The notes under the pieces: generated by a model
What the model was told of the DNA's origin: nothing
Database searches by the model: none
Seen by the model: only the letters and a program-made list of their open reading frames with translations
Part shown: piece after piece, positions 40,934 to 54,329 of the stretch
Position numbering within the stretch: the first letter of the stretch is position 1
Layout: each line of letters begins with the position of its first letter
Program-made: the position numbers and the translations under genes
Source of the DNA: Octopus vulgaris
Lineage: Eukaryota
Direction of reading: 5' to 3'
NCBI GenBank assembly: GCA_951406725.2
Contig: OX597815.1
Location: forward strand, 194,556,001 to 194,620,000
Length of the DNA: 64,000 nucleotides

Positions 40934-41340
40934 GAATGTCGATATATCAAAAACCAGTAGAGCACTAGGGGTCGATGTATTAGACTTATATATATATATA
41001 ATGTTATATAATTCGTGGGTAAGGCCGGAACAATGCGAAATAAATCCAAGGCAAATCACAAGAAAACTGGCATATGATATAATGGTGACTTACCCTATGT
41101 TCAGTATCACCAGGAATTAACAAAGGTTGCAAATGTGGCTCTTACAGGGTCACATTCGGTAATTCGTAAAGGAGGCGTCATAACCCTGACCTATTGAATA
41201 CAGAGTAATACACCATTAATTCATATGCCTGTTTTCTTGTGTTTTGCCTTTGATTTATTTCGCACGAATTTTATATATATTCCACACAATGCATTATACT
41301 AACTATTCATAATATATATATATGTATATATATATATAAA

Positions 41341-41550
41341 GTTAATCCAAACATGAAAACAGAAAGAGAAAACACAACAACGTGAGGATGTGGAACAAGT
41401 ATAGTATTATTGGACGCTCAGGAAGGAAGGGAAGAAGGAGGGTTTAACGTTTCGAGCGGAGCTCTTCGTCTGAAACATAGGAGAAGGAAAGATCCAGAGA
41501 AGGGAAGACTGAGGAAAAAAACCGCCAACGGTATACACGCGGTCACATTT
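41341..41550 (-). mobile_element. Hammerhead family b1 element between (TA)n tracts
   Basis: Homologous to 16196 and 32908; motif at 41442-41476. Confidence 0.7.
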
Positions 41551-41730
41551 AGAACATATATATATATATATATATATACATATATGTATGTATATATGTA
41601 GGTATGTATGTATGTATATATACGCACATGAATGAAAACATATACGCTAACATGTACAATAATAGAGAATTCTTTCGACTGACGTCAGTTTCGGCAATTT
41701 GTTGCCATCATCAATGTATGTGTGTGTTGT

Positions 41731-41809
<79 letters not shown>

Positions 41810-42105
41810 TGTAGATCTGAGCGCATGACACGCATTGCTTATATGCAAGTGAATATAACCGAAAAAAATAGTCTCAGCAGATTCGCAATAACTAGAAGTG
41901 TCACGTAGACTAAGAATCGCAGCACAAAGACTGAGCCCCTGGACAGTTACAAACAAAATAAACGATTTCATGAGAAGACATTGATCCACCATTATCTGAG
42001 TTGTCATGGCTAAATGAAACTGAAACGCAGAACAACAGACAAAGCACACACAGACAATTTATACACACACACACATATGTATGTAAACGTATATATATAA
42101 TGAAT

Positions 42106-42142
<37 letters not shown>

Positions 42143-42162
42143 TATATATATATATATATATA

Positions 42163-42351
42163 ACGGGAAGGTTTACGAAAATAAACAAAAGACGAAGGCA
42201 AGTGGAGTGCAAGCAAACAAATGTATTAGTATGGCGCTCAGGAATAGAAATACCACAAGTCTTTTACGTTTCGAGCCTACGCTCTTCGACAGAAAGATAC
42301 ACAGAAAAAAACAAGGAGAGAAAAAAAATGCGATCTATCATGGCGTTCTGA

Positions 42352-42352
<1 letters not shown>
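42163..42352 (-). mobile_element. Hammerhead-like family b2 element between (TA)n tracts
   Basis: Minus strand 42260-42297: TCTTT-CTGTCGA-A-GAGC-gtag-GCTC-GAAA-CG-TA-AAAGA. Confidence 0.7.
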
Positions 42353-42396
<44 letters not shown>

Positions 42397-42442
42397 TTAT
42401 TTCTTAATCGATATGTTTTTTTATATATATATATATATATAT

Positions 42443-42775
42443 ACTCTTTTACTTGTTTCAGTCATTTGACTGCGACCATGCTAGGTCACTGCCTTTAGTC
42501 GCGCTATTCGACCCCCATCACTTATTCTTTGTAAGCCTAGTACTTATTCTATCGGTCTCTTTTGCTGAACCACTGAGTTATGGGACGTAAACACACCATT
42601 ATCGGTTGTCACACACACACATACTTATATACAACAGGCTTTTTCAATTTCTGCTTACCGAATTCACTCACAAGGGCCAAGACTATAGTAGAAGATACTT
42701 GAGCTAGGTGCCACGCAGTGGGACTGAACCCAGAACCACGTTGTTGGTAAGCAAGCTATTTACCACATAGCCACT
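42443..42775 (-). mobile_element. SINE family B, decayed
   Basis: Reverse complement of the family B head and tail. Confidence 0.8.
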
Positions 42776-42911
42776 AGATAGGTAGTTACATAGATACATA
42801 CATACATACATACATACACAAAGTTATATATATAATGCAGTTATATGTGTATATATACACATAATTGCATTATATATACAACTTTCTGTATGTATGTATG
42901 TAGGTAGGCAG

Positions 42912-42981
<70 letters not shown>

Positions 42982-43055
42982 GTGTATCTATGTGTCTGTA
43001 TATCTTTGTCTGTCTGACTGTCCATTCTCGCCCTCTCTCTCTCTCTCTCGCTGTC

Positions 43056-43131
<76 letters not shown>

Positions 43132-43467
43132 CATGTATGTATATATCTCTGTTTGTCTGTCTGTGTATAAGCGCAATGTTTTGTTTTTTTATCTTGAAAT
43201 GTCAAATATATTATGTTTAGGCGAATTAAAAAAAATACGTGAAGAAAATCAAAAACAATTTTGATTTCGGAATTAGGATCGAAAGAAAACTGTTTTGTAT
43301 TCGTGATACGAAAAATCAAAGATAACAGTAGCTATCACCTTGGATGTGGTACCTTCTGTGATATTTGTCGAGTACATTGTCACGAGTTGCTTCATGACTT
43401 TGAGATATGTACTTACACAGATATGCACATATATACATATGTATATGTATGCGTGCACGTATGTGTA

Positions 43468-43510
<43 letters not shown>

Positions 43511-43789
43511 AGTGTATATGTATGTATATGTATATATATGTATATATATATATATACATATATATACGTATATATGTGTATATATAGACATATGCATTAC
43601 ATGCATATATATATAGACAGACACGTACATATATATACATGTCCATGTATATGTAAGCATATATATACATGAACATATATATATATATGCATATATATAT
43701 ATTTATAGATATGTGTGTGTTTATATGTATATTATGTATGTATAGAAATATATATATATATAAACTTTTATATATATATATATACACAC

Positions 43790-43839
<50 letters not shown>

Positions 43840-44491
43840 TACATATATACATATACACACACAAACCCACGCACGCTACACACACACATACACACATACA
43901 CACACACATATATATATATTCGTTTCTTCGTGTATTGGTGTATAGAGGTATTCATACTTATAGATACGGATATAAACCATGCAAATGTAAGATATGGTAT
44001 ATATATATATATATACGTGTGTGTTTCATGTTTCACAATGTATGTATACACTCACATGCACGCGCACACACTCCTACGTATACACAATCACACATATGGA
44101 CACATTACGTATACTACAAACAGTCTCTGACAGATGAAGCATTAGACTGAATAGAGTGCAATAATGTCGTTATTGTATGAAATGATTGTCAACTGGAGCT
44201 TTGTACTTGGTTGATCGCAAATGTAGCGAGAAGCCAAGGGCCAAACTCAAGTGCGCTGTCATTATTTTGACGCATTAAACACACATACATACACACACAC
44301 GCCTACATGCACCAAAACACACATGTACCCCCCCTCTCTCTCTTGCTCTCTCACATTTATATATAAACTCTCTGTATTTATGGATAAATTTGTACATAAA
44401 TTTATATGTATATATCTAAATAACTTCCAGTGACCGTCATGAATTCACGTATATCTATTTACAAACTTTACATACGTATGCAACCCCCGCC

Positions 44492-44542
<51 letters not shown>

Positions 44543-44754
44543 ATATATATGTGTATATATATATATATATATATACATATACATACATACACACATACAC
44601 ACATATATAGTCAAAATAGGATTTGACTACACCTCCATTTAGACCACAGTTTAAGCTATCTTTGCGTGAAAGAAGGTTTATGTTTCTATTACCTGTGTTA
44701 ATTCTGTAACCCTTTAAAATGGAAGATAAGAAGTTCATTTTCGGCACTTGATGC

Positions 44755-45101
44755 TTTGGGAACCAGACAAAAGTTTCTGCAGCTCGGCTGGGATGTGTTA
44801 CCCCACCATCCATATTCACCAGATATTGCTCCTTCGGATTTCCACTTATTCAGGTCTCTGCAGAATAGTCTTAATGGTAAAAATTTCAATTCCTTGGATG
44901 ACGTAAAAATATATATTGATGAATTCTTTGCCCTGAAACCACCTCAATTCTGGGAAGAGGGTATTTTCAAGTTAAAGGAAAGATGGGGACGCATTGTGCA
45001 ACAAAATGGTTCATATTTGGTTGATTAAAAATGTAACGGCAAGTATATATTGACCTTTTTCTTTCCTTTAAAAATCGGCACGAACTTTCCGGACAACCTA
45101 A
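44755..45101 (+). mobile_element. Mariner 3' fragment with TIR (different subfamily from 18213)
   Basis: LGWDVLPHHPYSPDIAPSDFHLFRSLQNSL...GIFKLKERW; terminus aaaatcggcacgaactttccggacaacctaa followed by TA. Confidence 0.9.
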
Positions 45102-45395
45102 TAGTTTAAAGTAAAGTGTTTTTCAGGAATATATAAACTACAGAATGAGTTAGATTATATATGAAGTGTTGCTTTAAAGTGTCTAGCGTCTCTTATATTG
45201 TGGATTCTTTGATTTCCTTTCATTACTTGTTTCACTCATTCGTCTTGGAAGATCTATATGTATATATGTTTGTGGCTTCGAAGTTTCGTCAATTATTATG
45301 TGAAGGTTATGTATAAGAAACTTCATACCGACAACAACACCAAAGTACAACGAAGTGAGAAGAAGGAACAGATACGGAAAATGAAATAGATACAG

Positions 45396-45450
45396 AAGAG
45401 ATAGATAGATAGATAGATAGAGTGGGATGAGAGAGAGGGTAGAAAGAGAC

Positions 45451-45495
<45 letters not shown>

Positions 45496-45750
45496 AAGAG
45501 AGAAAGGTAATTAAGGGAAGTAAAGTAAAGGAAAGAGATGGAGTAGCACATAAAATATTCCAAGAATGTTTCTACAAATGAATGAAAAATTAATTCGACA
45601 GTTTGCATACAGGAAAGGAAAACGATACCACATCCAAAAGTAAAGATATTTCAAAATATAAAAGATATACCATCTTGATTATGGCTGGGATATAACACTT
45701 TATTCAAAGTGGTCGTCCTCATCATCATCATTATTATTATTGTTATTATT

Positions 45751-45783
<33 letters not shown>

Positions 45784-45784
45784 T

Positions 45785-45844
<60 letters not shown>

Positions 45845-47216
45845 TATTATTATTATTATTATTATTACTATTATTATTATTATTATTATTATCATTACTA
45901 TTATCATCATCATTCTTCTTCTTATTATTATTATTGTTATTATTATTTCCTTTTATTGGTGTCTGCTGGAGAAATAAATATTGGTTAAATATAATGTTTT
46001 CGGAAATATTGGCGGAATAACGATTAGAGAATAAACAACAATGTAATGATTACTACAAGACGAAGAGGAAAAAGAAGAAGAGAAAGAAGACCATCAACGA
46101 TAGCGATGATGTCATCAAAGCCGAGAGTCTTAACGATAAAGACAATAACAGAAATGATAATTGTGTTGCTTTTAATAGCTACGAGTGCAGCAGAATTATA
46201 ACATTATTACAGTATTATGATATAACAAAACTAAATTGAAAAATAAAAGGGGAATGAAACAAACGTGGTTTCACTGACTGGCGAAGAAATATGTATACAC
46301 ACACTGACATATACATGCATGCATGCGCGCACACAAACACATAATTAGGTGTACACATACACATACGTGCATATATATAATTCAAAAAGATGTGTCGTAG
46401 ATACGAATATATACTACATATACAGACGAACAGTATGCATAGAAGGTCACCAGCTTCTCGTTAGTTATCGACCAGAGGGTCAAGCGCAATTTCGGCTATT
46501 ATCGATAATATCGTTTTCCACTCTGGTGGCACCGACAAGAAAATTGCCGGGAATAGAAGCGAAATATAACAAAATATAACAACACAAGACCGTTAATGGA
46601 CGGACGAGGGACAAAACAAACAGAACATAGGTTTAGGGCCAAACGACGGCAACAATTAAAATGATAACAATAAATATACAGCAAAAAAGAAGAAAAATAA
46701 CCTTCAGATTGAAAGACAAGGCATAAATAGGTAATGCGAAGGAGAAATGAAAACTGTCCTAATGGAATATAGACACGGTGGTGGGGGGAGCTCAGAAAAT
46801 CGTGACCAGTCGCAGAATAGGCTTTGTGGTAAATAGCTTGCTTACCAACCACATGGTTCTAGGTTCAGTCCCACTGCGTGGCACCTTGGGAAGAGTTTTC
46901 TGCTATAGACTCGGGACGACCAAACCTTTGTTAATGGATTTGATAGACGGAAACTGAAAGAAGCCTCTTTCAGTTTCTGGTTCGGCAAAAGACACCGATA
47001 AAATAAGTATTAGGCTTACAAATAATAAGTTCTGGGGCGATTTGTTCGATTTAAGGCGGCGCTCCAGTGTGGCCACAGTCAGATGCCTGAAACAAAGGAG
47101 TATAAGAGTAAAAGAGAATCCGGTCGAAGGCAACGTGAAGAAGAATGACGCCGCCTTAGGCCGTCACGGATCACGTGATAGATGGAGAAGGTCAACAGAG
47201 AAAAAGAGGTAGCAAG

Positions 47217-47289
<73 letters not shown>

Positions 47290-47302
47290 TAGAAAGAGAC
47301 CC

Positions 47303-47389
<87 letters not shown>

Positions 47390-47620
47390 AAGAGAGAGAG
47401 AGAAAGGTAATTAAGGGAAGTAAAGTAAAGGAAAGAGATGGAGTAGCACAAAAATATTCCAAGAATGTTTCTACAAATGAATGAAAAATTAATTCGACAG
47501 TTTGCATACAGGAAAGGAAAACGATACCACATCCAAAAGTGAAGATATTTCAAAATATAAAAGATATACCATCTTGATTATGGCTGGGATATAACAGTTT
47601 ATTCAAAGTGGTCGTCCTCA
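45396..47620. repeat. Local direct duplication (45396-45721 and 47214-47620)
   Basis: The unique core 45505-45721 matches 47404-47620 almost exactly; the (GATA)n/(GA)n tracts differ in length. Confidence 0.9.
46818..47115 (+). mobile_element. SINE family B, internally deleted
   Basis: Family B head and tail present. Confidence 0.8.
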
Positions 47621-48133
47621 GTTTCCACCATGGCTTCCAGACGATTCCGGAACCAGGCGCTGGAGTTATACACTATACCATTGGGAAGATCTTCGAAAAC
47701 CTACTTCATCTCAGCTGTCAAATTGGCCTTGGCATTGCAGGCAGAGCGGCTCTTCGACGAACTACTGACATTCTTGATTAAGGACATCATTTCTCTCTCT
47801 CTCTCACCAGCCACGACCATGATGTAGTTAGCTTACATGGAAATTTTTATTCAATAGTATATGATCCAAATGCTCAGTAATTCTAGAAACAGCTGCAAGA
47901 GACTTTTAGTATTTACTATAACTACTCTGCATTATGTTTACTATTTAAATTATATTTTGCCTGTTTATTTTCTGTTTTGGATATATATCTACCCGCTCAA
48001 AGATTAATCACTTCCAGCCGTCTTTGATAGGTAGCTACAACACCACTCTTTTTCAGTTGAAGTTCAAGTTGGAGTCTAAGTTGTAAACATCAAACCAAAC
48101 ACTTACATTATATTACGTTACTAGATGAAAATT

Positions 48134-48186
<53 letters not shown>

Positions 48187-48339
48187 CACACACACATATC
48201 TACATATTTACATTCATACATGTATGTGTATGTATATGTATATATTTGAAATTTATAGAAAAACAAAAGACGAAGACAGGTGTATCAATAAGCAAGTGTA
48301 TTAGTAGAAATTTATAAACACACACATACACACACACGC

Positions 48340-48393
<54 letters not shown>

Positions 48394-48429
48394 GTATGTA
48401 TATATACGTATATATATATATACAATAAT

Positions 48430-48581
48430 AATTAAGGGTATCTGAGAGATACTACCAAGGTAGAGATAGCAGCCAAAACTTGATTCTGAAACCACATCAT
48501 GTATTCATACATGATATGGTTTTAGAGTCAAGTTTTGACTGCTATCCCTAGCATGGTGGTATCTCTTGGATACCCATAATT
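48430..48581. repeat. Imperfect fold-back (about 75-bp arms, 2-nt spacer) between (TA)n tracts
   Basis: Centre atcatgtat-tc-atacatgat; arms gggtatc...aaaacttgattct / agagtcaagtttt...gataccc. Confidence 0.85.
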
Positions 48582-48695
48582 TTAATTTTAATAATAATTA
48601 ATACTTATAAGGTTTTTATTCCCATACTGGCCACTTGATATAATCGGTATTTTGAACAACGATCTTATCCTTATATATATATATATATATATATA

Positions 48696-49075
48696 CTAGC
48701 AGTATCGCCCGGCGTTGCTCAGGTTTGTAATGGAAATAACTATAAAGCATTTTTAGAGAGTTATAGCCAAAAAATAGCAAAAAAATGGAAAAAAATTATG
48801 GTAAATTTTTTATTTAGTTAAAAAAGGTGGAGTTGCGTCCCCTAGACAGTTTGCGGTTTGTGTTTCTGATTCTCGACCCCATGTCGAAGTTATCGATTTT
48901 TTTTCAGAACTGGGGGAACTTTTCAAAATTTTCGCTGCGTTAGTTTTGAATTATGACATTGGGCTATGTGTGTGTCAAGTTTCATCAGAATCGGTTGAAA
49001 GCCGTGGTCAGGGTGAGGGTACAAGCAAACAGACACACAGAAACACGCACAGACAAACTGCCGTATAGAGAGAGA
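48696..49075 (-). mobile_element. Non-autonomous Helitron, copy 2
   Basis: Near-identical to 30923-31298; TC...hairpin-CTAG termini; sits in (TA)n. Confidence 0.8.
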
Positions 49076-49384
49076 TATATATATCACGGATTTATTTCCG
49101 TTTCCGTCAACCAAATCCATTCACAAGCCAGGGCTGTAGTAGAAGGTGTAATGAAGTAGAACTGGGCGCATAAACATGAAGCTGAACGGTTACTCAATGC
49201 TTTTCAGTATAATACATGATTATTAAACATTTTCAAGGAAAATGGTGATAGTAACTTAAGAGCTTCGACTACTGGTTCGCATTCATTGGAGAGACGAAGA
49301 CAAGCAAACCGAAAAGATACTGTCAACATTTTCCTCGCAAAAGTATATGTTTATGCATATATGCGGGTAACTATCAATCAATCA

Positions 49385-49446
<62 letters not shown>

Positions 49447-49529
49447 GTGTGTGTGTGTGTATCTGTCTGTCTGACTGTCTGCCTGTCTATCTATGCATGT
49501 GTAAGCACTTGTGTATATATATATATATA

Positions 49530-50002
49530 TATCTGCACATGTAATATGTGACGATTATTCGGTAGCCATGATAAAACTCCGAGTTTCGGATGCCGAGGTG
49601 GAAATCCACGCCGCCATCTCTTCAGTTATCTGGCCATCGGAAAAAAAATGCCATGAAAATGACCGTTATACAAAAGGAAATTACTGTATGACTAACCGTT
49701 ATTAAGACAAAAGAGCTATTTGAATGACCGCTAAGTGAGGGGAGAGAGTAAAAGTCAGGGTGCAAAAAAGGTTCGTAGTATTCGCTTAAACGCTCATGTC
49801 CATACCTACATATGAGCGCCCGCACACCCACGGTGGCCAGATAACTGAAGAGATGGCGGCCTGGATTTCCACCTCTGCATCCGAAACTCTGAGTTTTATC
49901 ATGGCTACGGAATAATTGTCACATATTACATTAACAGATAAATTCATCTATCTACATAATATCGAGGTCTCTTTCATTCTTTTGTTGTCTTACCATTTTT
50001 AT

Positions 50003-50005
<3 letters not shown>
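49530..50005. mobile_element. Fold-back element with two outward-facing hammerheads (arms about 49530-49639 / 49831-49940)
   Basis: About 100-bp inverted repeat with a 190-bp spacer, bounded by (TA)n on both sides. Confidence 0.8.
49836..49905 (+). ncRNA. Type I hammerhead ribozyme
   Basis: GCCA-GATAA-CTGAAGA-GATG...CATC-C-GAAA-CTC-t-GAG-TT-TTATC-a-TGGC: 9-bp bulged stem I and GUU site, with one extra C in stem II. Confidence 0.7.
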
Positions 50006-50044
<39 letters not shown>

Positions 50045-50053
<9 letters not shown>

Positions 50054-50487
50054 TAAAAAGAATTCCAACCTTGTCTGATTTTCACGTTTTATTTACAATC
50101 TTATAATGATATATTATAAGATAATATATTATAATTGAATAAAATAAAATGAAATAGTAGAATGTTAAATATTCATTCTGATTGAACTAGTACTTTCATG
50201 CATTGAATTCTGCAATCTTCGGGTTCATGTAGTAGTGTTGACAGTCATGCTTCACAATTTTTGACAGTCAAAAATTGTGAAGCATGACTGTCAACACTAC
50301 TACATGAACCCGAAGATTGCAGAATTCAATGCATGAAAGTACTAGTTCAATCAGAATGAATATTTAACATTCTACTATTTCATTTTATTTTATTCAATTA
50401 TAATATATTATCTTATAATATATCATTATAAGATTGTAAATAAAACGTGAAAATCAGACAAGGTTGGAATTCTTTTTATTAATATAT
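50045..50487. mobile_element. Apparently perfect palindrome (221-bp arms, 1-nt spacer at 50266) carrying hammerhead motifs
   Basis: Centre tttttgac-a-gtcaaaaa; arms are reverse-complementary out to the flanking (TA)n. Confidence 0.9.
50305..50349 (+). ncRNA. Type I hammerhead-like motif (U4C variant)
   Basis: TGAAC-CCGAAGA-t-TGCA-gaattcaa-TGCA-t-GAAA-GTAC-TA-GTTCA; palindromic AGTACT. Confidence 0.6.
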
Positions 50488-50547
50488 TCCTCTATACACA
50501 ATCACACACACCCATATATATATATATCTATATATATATATATATAT

Positions 50548-50960
50548 ACTCTTTACTCTTTTATTTGTTTCAGTCATTTGACTGCGGCCATGCTGGAGCA
50601 CCGCCTTTAATCGAGCAACTTGAACCCGGGACTTATTCTTTTGTAAGCCCAGTACTTATTCTATCGGTCTCTTTTGGCCGAACCGCTAAGTAACGGGGAC
50701 ATAAACACACCAGCATCGGTTGTCAAGCAATGCTAGGGGGACAAACACAGACACACAAACACACACACGCATATATATATGCGTATACATATATACGACG
50801 GGCTTCTTTCAGTTTCCGTCTACCAAATCCACTCACAAGGCATTGGTCGGCTCGGGACTATAGCAGAAGACACTGTGGTTGGTTAGCATGTGGTTGGTTA
50901 GCATGTGGTTGGTTAGCATGTGGTTGGTTAGCAAGCTACTTACCACACAGCCACTCCTGC

Positions 50961-50963
<3 letters not shown>
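50548..50963 (-). mobile_element. SINE family B with a 15-bp tandem expansion in the head
   Basis: Family B reverse complement; (catgtggttggttag) repeated about four times at 50875-50932. Confidence 0.85.
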
Positions 50964-51016
<53 letters not shown>

Positions 51017-51018
<2 letters not shown>

Positions 51019-51470
51019 TTCAGCAACAATTTAGATCCAAATGAATATGGTACTTAATTTAGATGCACCAGAATTTTGTATGGTGTTATCCATAAAAATT
51101 TGCAGGGTGATTATAATCAAAAATAAGCAACAAGACTGACTCCGGTAATTTGGTACAATTGTTTCGCACTACATCATTTTATTAAAAATTGTAAGTATTA
51201 CAGCAGATTTAAGATGCTGAGTGCTCATCAGCCAATTATATAGGTTTTCCAATAATACAAAGGCTTCCAAATCAAGTAGTAACATTATAGAGAAGGTAGA
51301 TATACAGATACTACTTGATTTGAAAGCCTTTGTATTATTGGAAAACCTATATAATTGGCTGATGAGCACTCAGCATCTTAAATCTGCTGTAATACTTACA
51401 ACTTTTCATTAAATGATGTAGTGCGAAACAATTGTACCACATTACCGGAGTCATTCTTGTTGCTTATTTT

Positions 51471-51472
<2 letters not shown>
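51017..51472. mobile_element. Fold-back element (arms 51118-51281 / 51309-51472) with canonical hammerheads, in (TA)n
   Basis: 164-bp arms with a few mismatches and a 27-nt spacer; homologous to 62830-63347. Confidence 0.85.
51353..51443 (+). ncRNA. Type I hammerhead ribozyme with long stem-loop II
   Basis: TGG-CTGATGA-GCACT...AGTGC-GAAA-CAATTG-TA-CCA; canonical core and GUA site. Confidence 0.8.
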
Positions 51473-51535
<63 letters not shown>

Positions 51536-51936
51536 ATGCCGAAATAGCAGTCGAAATTCTGACTATAAAACCACGTTAAGTGTTCATATCGCACCATGAG
51601 GTAAAGCGGAGGGACAAAACAAACAAGCAAAAATTATTGAATAATTCAAGATCCAAGGATTTCTGGTTCTGCTTTAAATAAGCTTTACCGTCATCAATTG
51701 AATATATCTAGATTCATTAATGTTGGTATAAATTGTGTTGAAAACTGAGGACGATGATTATTATGACGGTGATAATGATAGCAATAATAATAATAATAAT
51801 GTTGATATTATGTTTATTCGCCACAATAGCAAACATATTTTTCATTATTAATAATAATAATGGAGGTGGCGGTTATTATTACTATTATTACTATTTCTAT
51901 TATCATTTTGAGGAAGACCTGATGGTGCTGGAGGGG

Positions 51937-51937
<1 letters not shown>

Positions 51938-52008
<71 letters not shown>

Positions 52009-52178
52009 GTGATGATGATGATGATGATGATTATGATCATGATTGATAACAACAAAAACAATAATAATAATGATAATAATAATGATGAAGATATGATGAT
52101 GATAATAATAATAATAGTAATGATGATGATGACATTAATGATGATGATGAGGATGACGACGACGACGACGACGATAAC

Positions 52179-52223
<45 letters not shown>

Positions 52224-52312
52224 GATAATAGATAATAATAATAATAATAAGAATAATAATAGTAATAATAATAATAAGAAGAATAAGAATAAGAATAAGA
52301 ATAATAATAATG

Positions 52313-52349
<37 letters not shown>

Positions 52350-52356
52350 TAAAAAA

Positions 52357-52391
<35 letters not shown>

Positions 52392-52415
52392 TAATAATAA
52401 TAATAATGATAATGA
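51938..52415. repeat. (AAT)n/(GAT)n compound microsatellite
   Basis: Read directly from the sequence. Confidence 0.95.
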
Positions 52416-52846
52416 CAAACAGTACTGATAATAATGTTATATTTATTTACCACAATAGCAAATAGAGGAAGGAGATAGACAATGTACAAGAAAACAGTAG
52501 GAGATTTGTAGCGAGTTTAGACGTTTAATAAAAAACATTATGTAAATGATATGACAATGTAAGATAAACACGCTCACCCAACAACACACACACAAACACA
52601 TACATACACACACACCCATACGCGCGTACACACACAGGCACACGCACGCACACATGCACATTACGCACACACAAACACGCGTACAGGCACACGCTTATGT
52701 TTTAAGCTTATATCTTTATCATTTGATTTATATGAAATAAAATTAAAACGCACGCACACGCACACACACACACATACACACACATATACGTAAACACATA
52801 TATACATATATGTTTATATAGTTATATATATGATATATAATAAACA

Positions 52847-52917
<71 letters not shown>

Positions 52918-52979
52918 ATATATATATATATATATATATATAGGTATATATATACGTGCATATACGCACATATACAAGC

Positions 52980-53023
<44 letters not shown>

Positions 53024-53052
53024 ATGTATTTATATATGTATTCATTTTATCA

Positions 53053-53109
53053 TTTTCATTTTATCTAGTTTCAGCTCACGAACTGTGGCCATGCTGGGGC
53101 ACCGCCATT
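53053..53109 (-). mobile_element. Extreme 3' tip of the CR1-like LINE seen at 35187
   Basis: Reverse complement of aatggcggtgccccagcatggccacagttcgtgagctgaaactagataaaa. Confidence 0.75.
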
Positions 53110-53199
53110 CAAAAATCCTTGTGCATCGGCCTGGAATGTATGTATATATATATATATATATATATGTATTAATATATATATGCATATATGTATATATAT

Positions 53200-53242
<43 letters not shown>

Positions 53243-53253
53243 CTATCTATGTA

Positions 53254-53292
<39 letters not shown>

Positions 53293-53959
53293 ATATATAT
53301 ACACGTATATGTATGCATGATGTATGCGTGAGCGTATATAAATGTTTGTGTGTGTATTGCTAGATACCTAAACAGATTACTTAGGTAGATCTATCAATGT
53401 AAATAGATAGATATATGATAATCCTTTGTTACATAACAAAGAAGACCACTATTGAGTAAAATTCTCTGCCCGTATTATAACCCAGAGTTCAATTATTTTA
53501 TTTTTCATTTCAAATATCGACTCTTACGATTGAATCAACTGTTTGAAGTGGTTTAGAAATTTCCTCAGGAGTAAAATCTCATGAAAAGACTGTTGTTGAT
53601 ATTTTTTATACAAATATTCGTAATAACAACATTATGGTAAACCATCGCAACAACCATAAATAAACAATAATCAGAATGACAGCAACGAGAAGGAAAATAA
53701 CAATTGCAAAGATAACGACAATAATAAGAATAACTATAATGGGTTCAAATGTTGACAGAAGACCAGCAGTTTTTTTTTTAAGGGGAGGAGAAGTCGATTA
53801 CATCGACCACAGTACTTGGACTGGTCCTCACTTTTATGACCCCGAAAGGATGAAAGGTGAAGTCGGCCTTGGCGGACCTGGAAGTGAGAACGTAGTGAGG
53901 AAATTCCTCGAAACACTTTTTCCGGTGTTCTAACGAACCTGCCTGTTTCCCGCCTTATT

Positions 53960-54190
53960 ACCTATTTCTTTACTACCCACAAGGGGCTAAACATAGAGGG
54001 GACAAACAAGGACAGACAAACGGATTAAGTCGATTATATCGACCCCAGTGCGTAACTGGTACTTACTTAATCGAAAGAATGAAAGACAATGTCGACCTCG
54101 GCGGAATTTGAACTCAGAACGTAGCGGCAGACGAAATACGGCTACGCATTTCACCCGGCGTGCTAACGTTTCCGCCAGCTCCCGCCTTAT
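53960..54190 (-). mobile_element. SINE family A monomer
   Basis: Family A head, core and tail on the minus strand. Confidence 0.8.
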
Positions 54191-54329
54191 TACCACCACC
54201 ACTACCACCACCTGATCGAAGACCAGCATTCATTTAATACCACCTGATCGACGACCACGATTCATTTAACAGCATTCTACATTCAGGAATAAAGAAGACC
54301 CTCCAAATACACGCAGTCTGCCTGATATT

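Noticed and set aside
47621-47830. 65-aa ORF in GC-richer sequence
   Set aside because: No recognisable family; may be an unidentified repeat fragment
51169-51412. Two near-identical ORFs on opposite strands
   Set aside because: A direct consequence of the inverted repeat; no recognisable protein motif
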